A DNA stretch of 64,000 nt, taken from positions 10,686,703 to 10,750,702 of the forward strand of contig CM119263.1 in assembly GCA_051294375.1 (NCBI GenBank), in the 5' to 3' direction. The notes beneath the pieces were generated by a model. That model did no database searches, was not told where the DNA came from, and saw nothing but the letters and a program-made list of their open reading frames with translations. Positions within the stretch are counted from its first letter, which is position 1. Every line of letters begins with the position of its first letter. The position numbers and the translations under genes were made by a program. Source of the DNA: Paraspadella gotoi. Its lineage: Eukaryota; Animalia; Chaetognatha. This document shows, piece after piece, positions 28,511 to 41,098 of the stretch.

Positions 28511-28524
28511 GTTTCTATAGAAAC
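28511..28524. promoter_or_regulatory. RFX X-box upstream of tektin
   Basis: Perfect palindrome GTTTCT-AT-AGAAAC fits GTHNYY-AT-RRNAAC, ~53 bp upstream of the predicted tektin ATG; ATTGG (CCAAT on the minus strand) at 28530. Confidence 0.75.
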
Positions 28525-28937
28525 GCGCGATTGGGCATTAAAAACAAAAGTCGTTCAATTTTCGGCTCGCACGAATAAAACTGAATCTTTTGTCTAGAAA
28601 TTATACATTTTTTAAAATTAATTTTAGAAATTTATAAATTTATAAATTTTATTTTCTATGAATTAAAGTGCTCTTGTAAACCTTAATGGTTAACAAAAAA
28701 TAAATTCTTTTATGTATTAAAATTTTCAAAATTACTTGTTTCATTATTTTCTATTTTTATATTTTATAAAGGTTTTACTATTTAATTTATATTATTTGAT
28801 TATAAATATATATAATATATAATAATAGGCTTATTTTTACATTCGCCGACCGAGATTTTGCGGTCGGTTATTTTTTTTTCGCTACGCATAAATTAAAAAA
28901 AGATACTGGTAAGGGTAAAAAAAATTATTATTACAAA

Positions 28938-28985
28938 TCCCTAACTACCCCTAACCACCCCTAATCCCTTACCAACCTTAACCCA
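28938..28985 (-). repeat. Degenerate TTAGGG-like tract within a dispersed repeat
   Basis: CCCTAACTACCCCTAACCACCCCTAATCCC...; shares GGTTAGGGGTAGTTAGGG with the tract at 43790-43880. Confidence 0.65.
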
Positions 28986-29037
28986 ATTGCAAACCGTTTA
29001 AAAAATATAACACATATAAATTCGAAAAATAATCAAG

Positions 29038-29143
29038 TGTGGAAGAAACCACACGCGACCTTCTGTAACCAAGCTAAACCTTGTGTCATAAACATCTGCC
29101 AAACGTTTCGCTCGGTTACAGGTCGCGTGTGGTTACTACCACA
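29038..29143. repeat. ~105-bp imperfect palindrome (fold-back/MITE-like)
   Basis: TGTGG..AACCACACGCGACC..TGTAACC pairs with GGTTACA-GGTCGCGTGTGGTT..CCACA. Confidence 0.8.
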
Positions 29144-29156
29144 TAAGTATTAATAA

Positions 29157-29224
29157 CAGGGATGTGGAGCCGGAGCTGGAGCCGCCGGAGCAGAGCTTTT
29201 TTGCCGGAGCTGGAACCCGAGCCA
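29157..29224 (+). mobile_element. Terminal fragment of an hAT-like element with GGAGCC subterminal repeats
   Basis: CAGGG start followed by (GGAGCC/GGAGCT)n; no partner end found. Confidence 0.45.
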
Positions 29225-29770
29225 TATTTTTTATCTAATTATTTTTTTTTTTGCATTGTATTCTACTTACGAAGATTCAATAATTAGGAATTACAAATAC
29301 ATAGTAATTTATATCAAATGATTAATCAAAGAAGCAATAAAAACAAATAAACAAATCCACGAAGAATCCACTAAGCGTCCACAAAGAATCCACAAACGTT
29401 TATTATTTTAGAGAAGAGTCCCGTTTCAACGCAGAATCTGGAATGACCGCAAAAGAGAGAAAGAGCATCTTTATTTCATAAAGTTGATCAAATATAAAGA
29501 TAACCTATATTTTAAGCTGAAAATTACAATTTTATGTATTAAATATAGTTTTTTAAAAATGATTTATATTTTCTTTTATCAACTTTTGACGAGGAATCCA
29601 AATCTGAAATTTAGGACAGTACTATATATATTATTTAATTATAAATATAGCCTACTGCAAAAATTGAAGAACATAATTTTTTTTCATCAATTAATAATCA
29701 CTGATGGTATGTTGTTCATAATTGACATTAGGAATTTTCTTACCTAACTTTCACTACGCCCTACTGCACA

Positions 29771-32700
29771 ATGCCCGACTTGTGCCCTGCCTTGGAGCGC
29801 GAAGACGTTTCACGCCACGTGGGCAATCTCCACTGGTCGGACGTGGGGGTGCTCGCCTTCTACTTCGTCTTTATCCTCGCCATCGGCATCTACTCTACCA
29901 CAAAAAATCGCGCTTCTGTCCATGGGTTCTTTTTGGCCGGAAAATCCATGAACTGGTTTATTGTTGGGGCGTCGTTGTTCTCATCAAACATTGGATCCGA
30001 TCATTTCGTGGGTGAGGATTAAAAGTTTCTTTAACGAGTTAAACGAATACAATAGATTACACATATTTTACAACGTTTTCTCAGGTTTGTCAGGCGCCGG
30101 CGCCGCCTCTGGAATTGCCGTCTTTTTCTACGAGATGATTAGCGGATTTTGTTTGTTGGTATTGGGTTGGCTTTTCACCCCAGTTTATTTAAAATCTGGA
30201 GTATTCACGATGCCCGAGTATTTGAAAAAAAGATTTGGTGGAAACCGACTTCAGGTGTTTCGTTTTTTTTCCTAAATGCCGCATTTAATAAAACTAAAAT
30301 TTATTTAAGATAATTTTTACAGTTTACGAAATAAAAATTGTGAAATGAGGTTTTTCCAGAAACTATTACGTTTCTTACAGATTTTGTTGTCGGTAGTGTC
30401 TCTCTTTTGCTACATTTTGACGAAGATCTCTGCAAATCTGTTCGCCGGGGCGATATTTCTAAAGGTCTCACTTAATCAAGGAATATATGTGTCGGTCATC
30501 ATAGTGTAAGTTTATTTAAACTTGACCCATTGAGAAAGGCTTTTTTTGATTTAATTAATGCTTATTAAGCAGACCAATATCAGATCAATAATTATTAAGC
30601 ATTGCTTAATCGTTATTGATATGATTGGGTTTTCAGTGTTGTGGCCTCAGCATTTTTTTCTATAACGGGCGGTCTAACTGCTGTGATGTACACCGATTTT
30701 ATCGAAGCGATCGTGATGCTGGTTGGAAGTGTATATCTTGCCGTAAAAGCGTACGTCAGGATCGGGGGAATGTCTAATTTGGTGGAGGCATTCCCACTGG
30801 CAATCGCTAATCGAAGCCTTCCGATGCAGCTCAATCTCACCATGGGAGCTTGCAACAAGGAACCTACGGAATACTTTATGCATCTCACGCGTCCCGTGAA
30901 CGATCCAGAATATCCTTCTCCGGCTCCCCTCACTGTTTTTATCATCTCCGGTTACTATTTTTTCGCCGAGCAGGTGCTTTTCATTTTTTATCTGATATTA
31001 TTTCAATCAAAATACAGACATTATGTAAAATTGATTGCAGGTCATGGTACAGCGAGTTCTTTCAGCGAAAAATTTATCGCATGCCAAAGGTGGAGTCATA
31101 ATGACGCAGTATTTAAAGTTCCTTACCCTAGTGCTCATGATTTTTCCTGGAATGATATCTCGGATATTGTTCAAGGACGTAGTAGCCTGCGAACACCCTA
31201 CCATTTGTGAGGCCTGTTGCGGCTCTAAAAAGGTATGAAAAAGTTTTCTACGAAGTATGCATTTATTTAAATTAAATTTTGGATTGTGGCGGTATATTCA
31301 CACCGCATGACGTCCACCATCGTTCAGCCAATGCCTTTGGCCAGGGGGGGAATACACCATCCCAAGTGTTGTGTTCCATCCACAGTCCTAACGACTTCCC
31401 TCTGGGTTGGCAAAGCGAGACCGTCCCAAGGTAACCGCGCCAGTGGCAGGTGGCGCCACAGAGGGTCAGAAGCCCCTAAAGCCAACGGTGAGATGCCTCA
31501 TTCTAATGGGCAACACAGGCAACCCGGCTGTTGCCATAAGTGGTGAGCCCTTCTTGAACACGCCACCTTCTCAGGATACGCTACAACAAATGCCTATACC
31601 CTTCCGACTTTGGGTATGCTACGACAAACGCCTATGCCCCTTCTACTCGCGCTCTTTCTCTCTTTCTCCCTCATTATGGTAGCAGTCTTGTCAGACACCT
31701 CTCAGACATGGAGAACCTGAGTAATGTTTTGGCCCGGGGATCCTGTGGTGGTATATTGACACCACCTCACATCCACCATCGTTCAGCCAATCCCATGGGC
31801 CTTGTATCCACAGTCCTAACGCCTTCCCTCTGTTTTGGCAAAGCGAGACTGTCCTCGGGTAACTGCGCCAGTGGCAGGCGGCGCCACTGAGGATCGGTGA
31901 GATGCCCCATTCCAATGGGCATCACAGGCAACCCGGCTGTTGCCTTAGGATATCTTTTTCGTTTTTGTCCCAAATTAAGGGCTGCTCCAACATGGCTTAT
32001 CCCTTGCTGGTAATGGAGCTAATGCCGAATGGCGCTCGTGGTTTGATGTTGGCCGTGATGATGGCCGCACTGATGTCCTCGCAAACCTCAGTTTTCAACA
32101 GTGCCTCAACAATTTTCACGATGGATATTTGGAGAAAACATCGACCAACGGCCTCACAAGTATACTTTATTGACTGCCTTCTTTTTTAACATTTCTTTAT
32201 TCATACCTAGCAATAATATGTAGCAATGGTTGTACCCATGATTTTACCAACTTCATTCGATTTTATACTGAAATTTTTTTCGGTAGTAACATTAGTGAAA
32301 ACAATTTTGGTTCGATTTTAGGTAGAATTGCTAATTGTTGGAAAAGTTTTTATCCTTTTCCTTCTGGGAATGTCGATCCTATGGTTGCCAATGGTTCAGG
32401 TAAAACAATTTCTGTACCACAAGATTTTCCTCTTTTAATTGAGCTAAGCTAACAATCTGAATCTTCTTTAGCTGGCGAGAGGCTCCGAGCTTTTTACCTA
32501 TATTAACGCCATTCTCAGCTACATTGCTCCTCCAATAGCTTCCGTTTTCTTTCTCGGAGTTTTGTGGCGAAGAGCGAATGAAGTCGGAGCTTTTTGGGGG
32601 CTCTCTTGTGGATTAGGGATCGGGTGTATCAGGTTAGGAAACAACATCTCTAGGCGCGGGATTAAATTATGTCTTATCGAGGTTCCGCTCATCCACCTTC

Positions 32701-33395
32701 AACGTAGGTTCGCTCTCGAATTCGTCTCCGCCGCCATGGCTCCCGAATGCGACGACACGACCACGCCGGACCCGACGCCCTCTATCGTCAAAAACTTTCA
32801 CTTCCTCCACTTTGGCTTCCTCTTCTTCCTCTTTTGCCTCCTCCTCGTCGTCGTTATCTCTCTAGCGACGCCGCCGCCGCCGCAGCAGCAGCTGGAAAAC
32901 ACAGTGTTCGTGTGGAATTGGCGCAAAAGGACCGCGCGGTGGAGGAAGAACGGAGAAGGAACGGACGAAGGAGAGAAGACGGAAGGAAATGAAGATTCAA
33001 TGGAAGAAGCGGAGGTAAAGTTGGCGATGATGGAAAAATCCGTCGTGAAAATCGAAAATATGGAATCGTCGGAAGACAAAAACGGCGTCGTGGACAGCAA
33101 AGTCGATTTTATGGGGGTCAAAAATGGCGCCGCTTTGACCAAACTCGCTCCCGGCGATGCGGCGGAAGCAGTCGAAGGCGCCGAGTCTATCGAAGGCGCC
33201 GTTCCGCGGTGGAAGCGATGGGCGTTGTTGATTTGCGGCGTTCGAGGGGTGGAGACGTGTAGCGTGGAGGAGCGGCAGAGCGCCAACTCGGGGCCAAAAA
33301 TGATCGTGGAAAACTCCGTCGCCAAAATCGTCTGCGACATCAACGCCGTCCTACTCGTCGTAGTCATTTTATTTCTATGGGGATATTTCTGGTGA
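29771..33395 (+). CDS. SLC5 sodium/solute symporter (SGLT/SMIT-like)
   Basis: Exons 29771-30011, 30085-30254, 30381-30505, 30637-30973, 31041-31232, 31980-32159, 32322-32399, 32472-32632, 32708-33395; motifs [87 protein letters not shown]. Confidence 0.93.
31285..31947 (+). mobile_element. Miniature non-autonomous LTR element (TRIM-like) in SLC5 intron 5
   Basis: Direct repeats 31285-31538 (TGTGGC...GCCATA) and 31744-31947 (TGTGGT...GCCTTA) around ~205 bp; GGAT TSD at 31281-31284 and 31948-31951; PBS-like TGGTGAGCC two nt after the first LTR. Confidence 0.75.
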
Positions 33396-33682
33396 ACGCG
33401 TCAAATATTCATTAAAATATTTTACGCTTTAGCGATAAGATATTCTGCGGATATTGTGATATCTCGAGTTTCATATTAGTTCGGCTTGACCGAGGATATT
33501 CTTGTCGATTTTTCGACATGACTCTATTCCATTTGGACTCATCTTGCATTTACACTCTAGCAACTTTGAAAAAAATACATATATATATGAAAAATTGAAA
33601 AACGGTTTTTAAATTCAGTTTTAGCAAATTTAAAGCATCTCGATCTAATAAATGTATCTCTTAATACTAAATTAGTAACTAA

Positions 33683-33720
33683 TAAGACTTGATAAGACTT
33701 GATAAGACTTGATAAAGACT
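33683..33720. repeat. 10-bp tandem repeat (AAGACTTGAT), about 4 copies
   Basis: Directly visible. Confidence 0.8.
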
Positions 33721-34889
33721 CTCACTAAAGATAAAGAAATCGTCCCAGAAAATGTTTTTGTTGCCTTCAACAGACAATTAGCAGCTTGTTCTGAAGTTGA
33801 AGAGATCAGTTGCGTTTCGCCGACAAGTCTGCCATTAAATCTTATTAATTATTTAAAATAAAACGTAAGTATTCTAGAAATCAAACTGAAGTATAGGTAG
33901 AGCGTCAAAACACATTAACTTTTACTCTTGCTCTTTTTTTATTTATATAAGGATTTTATTTGTTAGCGACATCTGACGGACTTCCTAAAGAACAAATTTT
34001 CCGTTTGAGGTGTTAGGAAAAAAAAACAAAATTTATTGATCAATTCTCTTCGACGAGCTTCAGGACTTTGTTCGTTCATTGATTCATTGTTTTTTTAAGT
34101 AATTAGTTAAAACTTTATATTTCGTTCGTCCATTAGTTCATATGCTTATTTTTTTTTTTTACGTAAAAGATTCATTCATCCTTCCAGTAGGTATTGGAAC
34201 AGACTATTTATAGATTCTGTACGGAAGGCTTCAGGAGTCCTAATGACGATGTAATTATAAATGAAACTATCGTGGCGAATTTTGATATTCAACCCCTGAC
34301 TAGAGATGGAGGGCCCTGGTGCTGGACCGCTAGGGGTAAAAAGATGCTAAAATTTTTAAAAATTTTGTTAAAAAAATTTTTAAGTAACATCATATGCATT
34401 GACGTCTTAAACATATAAAACAAACATGTTAGAGCTAAAATTGATAAATTTTCAATAATTAAGCATTGTTTGAAGATGCATGGTTCATCCTTTAACTTCC
34501 AATTTTCCCATATTATTCCAAATCTGACTTGAACAGCTGATGTTCATGAAGCAGAAAATTAAGGTAAACTAATATTTTTGAGGTAATGAATACGTTTTTG
34601 TGGAATAGTAAACGTCTGTGCAACTGTTCAAAACAAAAATAGTAAACGAATTTAAAAAAAAAATTGACCATTTTTTGCCATAATGGGTGGCCCATATCTC
34701 GGCTCAGGGGTCAAATATTCTATTTGTATTCACATGGGAATCATTCATACAAAATTTCAATGAATTTGGTCAAGTAGTTTTCTCGGAACGTGTTCTGGTA
34801 ATAAAAAACAGGTACCTCATTTTATAACATGTAGCCTTCTGTACATATGTACGAAGGCTCGGTTCCATAAGTTTTTAATTAACGATCTC

Positions 34890-34956
<67 letters not shown>

Positions 34957-35616
34957 GACAACTCATGTCCTCAGAAGCTAACACCTCATTGACGGTCGTA
35001 AAGTCCAGACGAAAGTGGATCACTGTCGCAGGTGATTTATCCCCCCCCCCTTAAGTTGAGAGGTCAACTTCGGAAAACGAGACAAGTGGAGAGAAAGAAA
35101 ACAAAAGAAAAAGGCGATAGAGAGTGAGAGAGAGAGAGAAAGGACCAGAATGGGAAGAAAAATATAAGAGAAAAGATTTTAAGACGGTCGTCAATTAAGA
35201 GAAGGTCCCACAAGTCGGGTCTTTACTTCGTGTCGACCCCACGAGAGTCACCGATGAAGATTCGAACCGAGGGTAAGTCTTTCTCGCCGTGCCCGTCGCG
35301 AAAAAGGTGAGGGGTCGAAGTGGGGGGGGGTCAACTCAAAGCGACGAGGACAGCGTCTCGTTTCGAGGTGAGGAATGCGGCTTGAAGAGCTCTCGCTGTG
35401 TGGTGAGTTTGCTAGTTTTTGGCCATCGCTATGGATAAGGTTAATAGAGGACGCGGCTACAAAGTGAGGAAATTAAACTTGGGAGTTCTTCGACTGGACG
35501 CTCGTTGTCAGCCGAGAGGGAAATTTTTAATGTAATATAATTTAATATATATAGTATGAATAATATATATATTCTGGTGGTCCTATCTTCACAGATAGAT
35601 TAAAGCTGTTTCCTTT

Positions 35617-35825
35617 GCCGCGACTCAGTGGCAAGGTGGACTAATGCACCATCCAAATGTGCGTCCCTGGTTTGAGCCCTGAGATTGTCATTTAGAGAGT
35701 GGGGTGGACCGGATAAACAGCCTGTAATCTTAGGCCTGCTGCCAGATCCAAAACTCTGGACTACATGCTGTCTCGCTGTCGCCACGAGGTGGCACCGCTG
35801 CGGCTGTGGTGCCCTATAAAACAAG
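35617..35825 (+). mobile_element. Putative tRNA-derived SINE
   Basis: GC-rich island in AT-rich DNA; A-box-like TGGCAAGGTGG (35629-35639) and B-box-like GGTTTGAGCCC (35669-35679); ends GCCCTATAAAA. Only one copy in the window. Confidence 0.45.
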
Positions 35826-38047
35826 CCTCTTCAATATAATAAAATTAGTCACCTCCGTTAGATTCTCTGTAATTATTGTTAAGAAAACATTTTACCAACT
35901 CAAATAAATTATTTAAATAAGCTAAACCAACTAAACCTTTGTAAGTAATAATAAATTATTATTACCACTTAAATTTTTTTAAAAAACAATATTTTTCATG
36001 ATAGGATTTTTTTTTTTTTTGTGAAAAAAAACAAACAATGACGACAGGTAAGTTTTAACGATTTGACCGTCATTATTTCCGTTTATTGCCTTGTCAATGC
36101 GTCATTGATAACCTTATTTATGCGCAGTTACCACCGGTTGGCATGAAAGAACTTCTATCCTCCGGGCCCCCGGGGGCTAACGACAAAATAACTGTGAAGA
36201 TGAGAGCCTTTAAACCATATTGATATTCCTAACAATACTAGTTTTCCTGTTAAGACGGTTTATTTGACAAACGCTGGGCGATTAAAAAACATATATAGGC
36301 GTCATGATGTGAAAGGAGCTCATAATGCCTTAAGATGATCGAACACAGGTAGGTTTGTTGCCCTTAAGGTTTTGGAGTAGTTCTAAAAAAATTTTGGTAG
36401 AAGGCATTTTTTTTATAGAAATTTTAAATGTGTTTCACGCTTAAAATACTGCATGGATTGACTTTATTTTAATACAATTTTGTACCAATTTCATATAATA
36501 CCCCTTATGGTTGCTTAAAAGTGACTACGAAGAACTACCGAGAAAAAAATGCCAACTTTCATGCAAATTGTCCCTGATAACGAATCGCTTTTGGCTTCCC
36601 TCTTTCTCGCTCTCTCCCTCATTAAAATCGATGACCCCGTTGATGTTTATCATTAACATTAAATTACATGATTTCGAGAAAAGAAGAAAAGGAAGAACTG
36701 AGACGAAATCTGTCCGGCGCATTCCTTTACGCGAAAGAATGAAAGAGAGAGATTAACCGACTCTTCGTTTGACTGCGACCAAAATATTTTCATGTGGAGC
36801 TCCGCATCTTTATAACTCGGAATTTTTAATTCAGTCGATAAAAAATTGGTTCAGAAAAATAATTTCCAAATAATAATAATACTCATATTACTAAATATCA
36901 TCCAAAATATATATTTTTTACTTTCATTACATTCATTATACATTAATGATATGCATAAAATTGTCAAAGCTGACGCATAGTTGAAATATATATTTTTCTC
37001 ACTTGTTTTTTTTTTCTTTTTTGTTCCTTTTTTTCTCTTTATCAGAGTCGACTTCATTACCATAACATTTTTTTTTACTTTCGAGATCCAGGTTTCGCTT
37101 CTTCCTTCTTCCTTCCCTCACATCCAAACTAGAATCCATCCGATGCTCCAACTTTTTCCTTTATTTTTTTTTTACTTTGTGGCGTAAATTTAATCCGATT
37201 TCTTTTAAAAGACCTACGAGTTTCGAGAATGATTACAATCCCTATAAAACTTTAGTCTCGTCAGACCAAGCAAAATAAAAGTTGACTGTCATTTACGACT
37301 CCCAGCTTAAAAAAAAGCGATTGGCCGAAGAGTAGCATTGTTTTTCAAATCTCCTTAATCCTTCATAGATCTCCTCTGGGGCGAATCCCCTCCGCTGTTC
37401 ATTTGTTATTCGATTCCGCGTCATTTTCTCAGTTTTATCCATTTTTATCTCCTTGTTTACTTATGCCGCTGAAGTAGTTTTCGGGCAGAGGGACTTTTTG
37501 TGTTTCGTGACATAGGAGAAACGAATTCTTTAGTCGAGAAAACTGTATTTATTTCAAGCAGTCAATCACTCAAATATGATGTTATAAATACGCTCTTTAT
37601 ATCTGTCACGAGTTCCCCTGTTACGTACCATCTTGAGCTTTTCAAGAAATAACTTGGATTTTTTTTTTCTCATAAAAACCAACTGGAGGATTTTGAATTT
37701 AGAAATTGTGTCTTGAAGCACGCTCGTCAGTCATTGTTTAGTTCCCATTCGGTTTTTCAGCGAGAATTCCAGATCATTTCTAATTTCGGTTCGACGTCCC
37801 TCGAGGAGACCTAGCGCTAGAAATCAAATCCCAACGGTTTTCTTGAAACGGCGTCGACGACGTCGACAACAACGACAAAATTCGAACAAAAAAGGCGTCG
37901 GGGTCGACAAAAACGACGACGACGACGACGACGACAACCTCACCGCCAGCAACACGCAACACTATCGACCAGAAAAAAAATCGTGAATTGCCAGCGTGAA
38001 ATCGCGAATGAATGAATCGAACGACCTCGGCCTTCCTCACCTTAGCG

Positions 38048-38083
38048 GTCACGTGACTGACCCTAACTTGGGCCGGTCACGTG
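38048..38083. promoter_or_regulatory. Paired E-box/CLEAR-like motifs
   Basis: GTCACGTGAC and GTCACGTG about 30 bp apart, forming a short inverted repeat. Confidence 0.35.
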
Positions 38084-38117
38084 TCTCGTTCTCACCTCGT
38101 CGTTTTCATTCACTCTG

Positions 38118-38178
<61 letters not shown>

Positions 38179-39230
38179 TTCCTTTCTTATGTATAATTAT
38201 AAAAGTATTAATTTGGATAGAAATCATAGGATGAAATAAAATAAACTGTTTGCTTGTTCTAAATTCATAATATTGTTTTATTAATAGATATTAGTAGTGT
38301 TAATATTGTTATTGTTTTTATTTCTTTGAAATAATGCGCTAATCGAAATCTCAAAGACCTGGGGATAAATGAAAGCCGCTAAGATGCTAATTGTTCGCCA
38401 TTGGTGGGATCGCTCTCGTCAGAGCACTGACAGACCGACTGCCCACCCCGCCACTTCGCCCGCTCGCCCGTTCAACCGCTTAACAGCGCTCTTCCAATGC
38501 AACAGACCATTTAAAATCCGGGAGAGAGATTACCGACCCTTTCCCATAGCGAGGGAGGCCAAGCCACTTGAATGACCGACCCCGGCGACCAACCCCCCCC
38601 CATCATTCTCCAAGTAATCACCTTTTTCGGAGAAAAAAGAAAACGTGAAAGAAAAATCGTGATTCTTAAGCGAAAGAAAATAGAAAAGGTTTTGCGCTCG
38701 AGTGACGAATGAGAGACTTAAATCCGCGCCGCATTGTCGTCTTCACTGATCCGATAAATCAATCAATCAATCAATCAAATCAAATCAATTCTCCCAGAAC
38801 ATTAGTTCTCTTCGTGATTCCGGAAAAAATAAAATTTCCCCCCCCCCTTATTTTCGGTTTCTCCCAGAATATTCGTAAATAAAATATATATTATATAGTA
38901 TATTATATTATTACATTATAAATGTACAATTGTACATGTTCCATAAAGTCTCAAATCTCCCGCCGAATCTCTAAATCTCCCCACCCCCAAATCCCCACTA
39001 CCGATCTTTCTCACAATCTCCCATCTTCCCCTCGAAGGTCGACCCCCCCCCCCCTCCCGCGCCGGTCCAACCCATTACCCGCATCGGAATCTTCCCCCCC
39101 CCCCTTCCAAAATCTCCCTCCGAAATGACGGAATCCCTGCAAAGGAGGCGATTTACGCCGGACTTTCCTCTCGGTTAATTTTTCTCTTCCGGTCAAGACG
39201 CGCGGCGACGATGATTTTAGACGACGATAC

Positions 39231-39264
<34 letters not shown>

Positions 39265-39352
39265 CGTTTTTCCAACGTTTAAACCTTCGAGCGCGCCCCC
39301 CTTTCTATCCTATTCAAAGCTTCTTTTTCTATAAATACGGGACAATTTCGCA

Positions 39353-39416
<64 letters not shown>

Positions 39417-39536
39417 TCTCTTCTCTCTCTCTCTCTTAAAAACCCGTTTTGTATCAAACTGTTGATTTTAATGTCGCCTTAAGGAGTGTCTGTACAATGT
39501 ACATTCCAGCGTCCAATAAAACTTATTCAAATCAAA

Positions 39537-39621
<85 letters not shown>

Positions 39622-40907
39622 AACCACTGACGGTATTCGTCGGTTGCATCCTCGTCTTCGTCATCGTTTCCGCCCTTGTCGTCTTGGTCTTCGTCGTCGT
39701 CATCGTCGACGCCACAAAGCCGATCACGACATCGTCGTCGTTGTTTTTTTCGTCAATTTTTACGTCTCACTTCACAAATTCCCCGTAGATGGCAGCGAAG
39801 ATAACGACGTCAGCGACGACGACCTTAACGACGAGGGTCACGCGATGACGTCGACCGCGACAAACTTCCTTAATATTATGAATAAAAATAGCAATCATAA
39901 CAATAAACAATATAAATTATACGGGAATACGGGCAAGTCTTATTTCATTTCCGAAAAGTTACGACTCTACTAATAATGTCCTGAAATAGAGTAGCTATAT
40001 AAATTAAACGACGACAAATTAATGGAGCATTCCAGCAGATTAAACGTCACAAACGAGATAAAACGCGATTTGCGACGGTGGGCGGCAGCGGACGGCGGCG
40101 GCCGGTGGCGCGGCGGCGCAGGGCTCATCCCTTCGGCGTCGCTGGTCGTTCATTCGATGCCAAAGATGAAAAAAAACAAAGGAACATCCTTACCGGATTT
40201 TTTTTTTTCCGCTCGATTACGGTTGGAGATCGTCTTGTGTCATCCCAGTTTAAACAGTCTTTGTGATGACAATTAAAAGATCATGTGTCGTCTTTAAAAG
40301 AAAAAATACGCTTAGCCCTTTTGTCATGTAAATTAGGAAAAGAGATGTTTTTGGTTAATTAGCCTTCTTTTGTTAAGAAGATTTGGCGGAAGACTAAGAA
40401 TATTATCATTAGTAGATGATTACGAGTTTGTGAACGCTTTCTTAATAACATCACAACTGTCACCACTATAATTTTTCACTAATACCTATGATTTGCAAAA
40501 TGTTGATGGATTTTTAAAAATTTTGAACCTCTCAAGCGTTCTAAAAAAATTTTTTGTTACAAGGTTGTCAACGTTTTACTCGACTTAACTTAGCTATTTC
40601 AATGGGAGGTATCGAATAAAACTGCGTATTATTTGAGCACTTACTCTTCTAACAATAATTTATTTACAAATTTGATCCTCCCCTCTAAAGAGAAACGGAC
40701 CGACCAAAATAACATACAGGAAGACGAAGATTTTATCTGTGATTATTGATTCGAGAAATAAAGTCAAAGGGTAGAAAGAAAGAAAGAAAGAGAGATAGAA
40801 AGAAAAAAAGTAAGGAAATTTAAAAAATAACTTAAGTCAGCCAACGAAACTGAAAAAAGTCTGTGGCTAACTCGACCAAGTAACCAAAAGATTATGTCTT
40901 GATACTT

Positions 40908-40928
40908 TGTGGTGTAAACTTTGCCTAT

Positions 40929-40969
<41 letters not shown>

Positions 40970-41098
40970 CTTTTCTTTATGCACACAATTTTGTTTCAAA
41001 TTCACAAACTCTTTTTTAACGCTGATGAAGGCTTGTAACTGAGCCGAAACATGTCCGTTATTAATAAAAATAAATCGTTGTTGAAAACTAATTTCAAA
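40908..41098 (+). mobile_element. Short PLE pseudo-LTR insertion carrying a hammerhead
   Basis: 12-bp direct repeat GTCTTGATACTT at 40896-40907 and 41099-41110; (CT)n followed by ...TGCACA.. upstream of the hammerhead parallels the arm at 4610-4690. Confidence 0.78.
41017..41060 (+). ncRNA. Minimal type I hammerhead ribozyme
   Basis: UAACG-CUGAUGA-A-GGCUU(guaacu)GAGCC-GAAA-CAU-GUC-CGUUA; 5-bp stem I. Confidence 0.9.

Larger units (their letters stand above)
27939..29470. repeat. Pair of ~140-170 bp inverted repeat copies (27939-28107 and 29321-29470)
   Basis: CTCTTTTGCGGTCATTCCAGATTCTGC...TTGCTTCTTTGATTAA matches its reverse complement at the second site; adjacent related sequence also occurs at ~10641-10704. 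Confidence 0.8.

Noticed and set aside
31424-31431. GTCCCAAG twister-ribozyme-like fragment in the LTR
   Set aside because: The following CCCGG...GAGGG arrangement and pseudoknots of twister are not present.
32798-33367. 189-aa minus-strand ORF
   Set aside because: Antisense to the GC-rich last exon of SLC5.
38057-38072. GACCCTAACTTG match to miR-125
   Set aside because: Seed region is absent and the match sits at the hairpin apex rather than on an arm.
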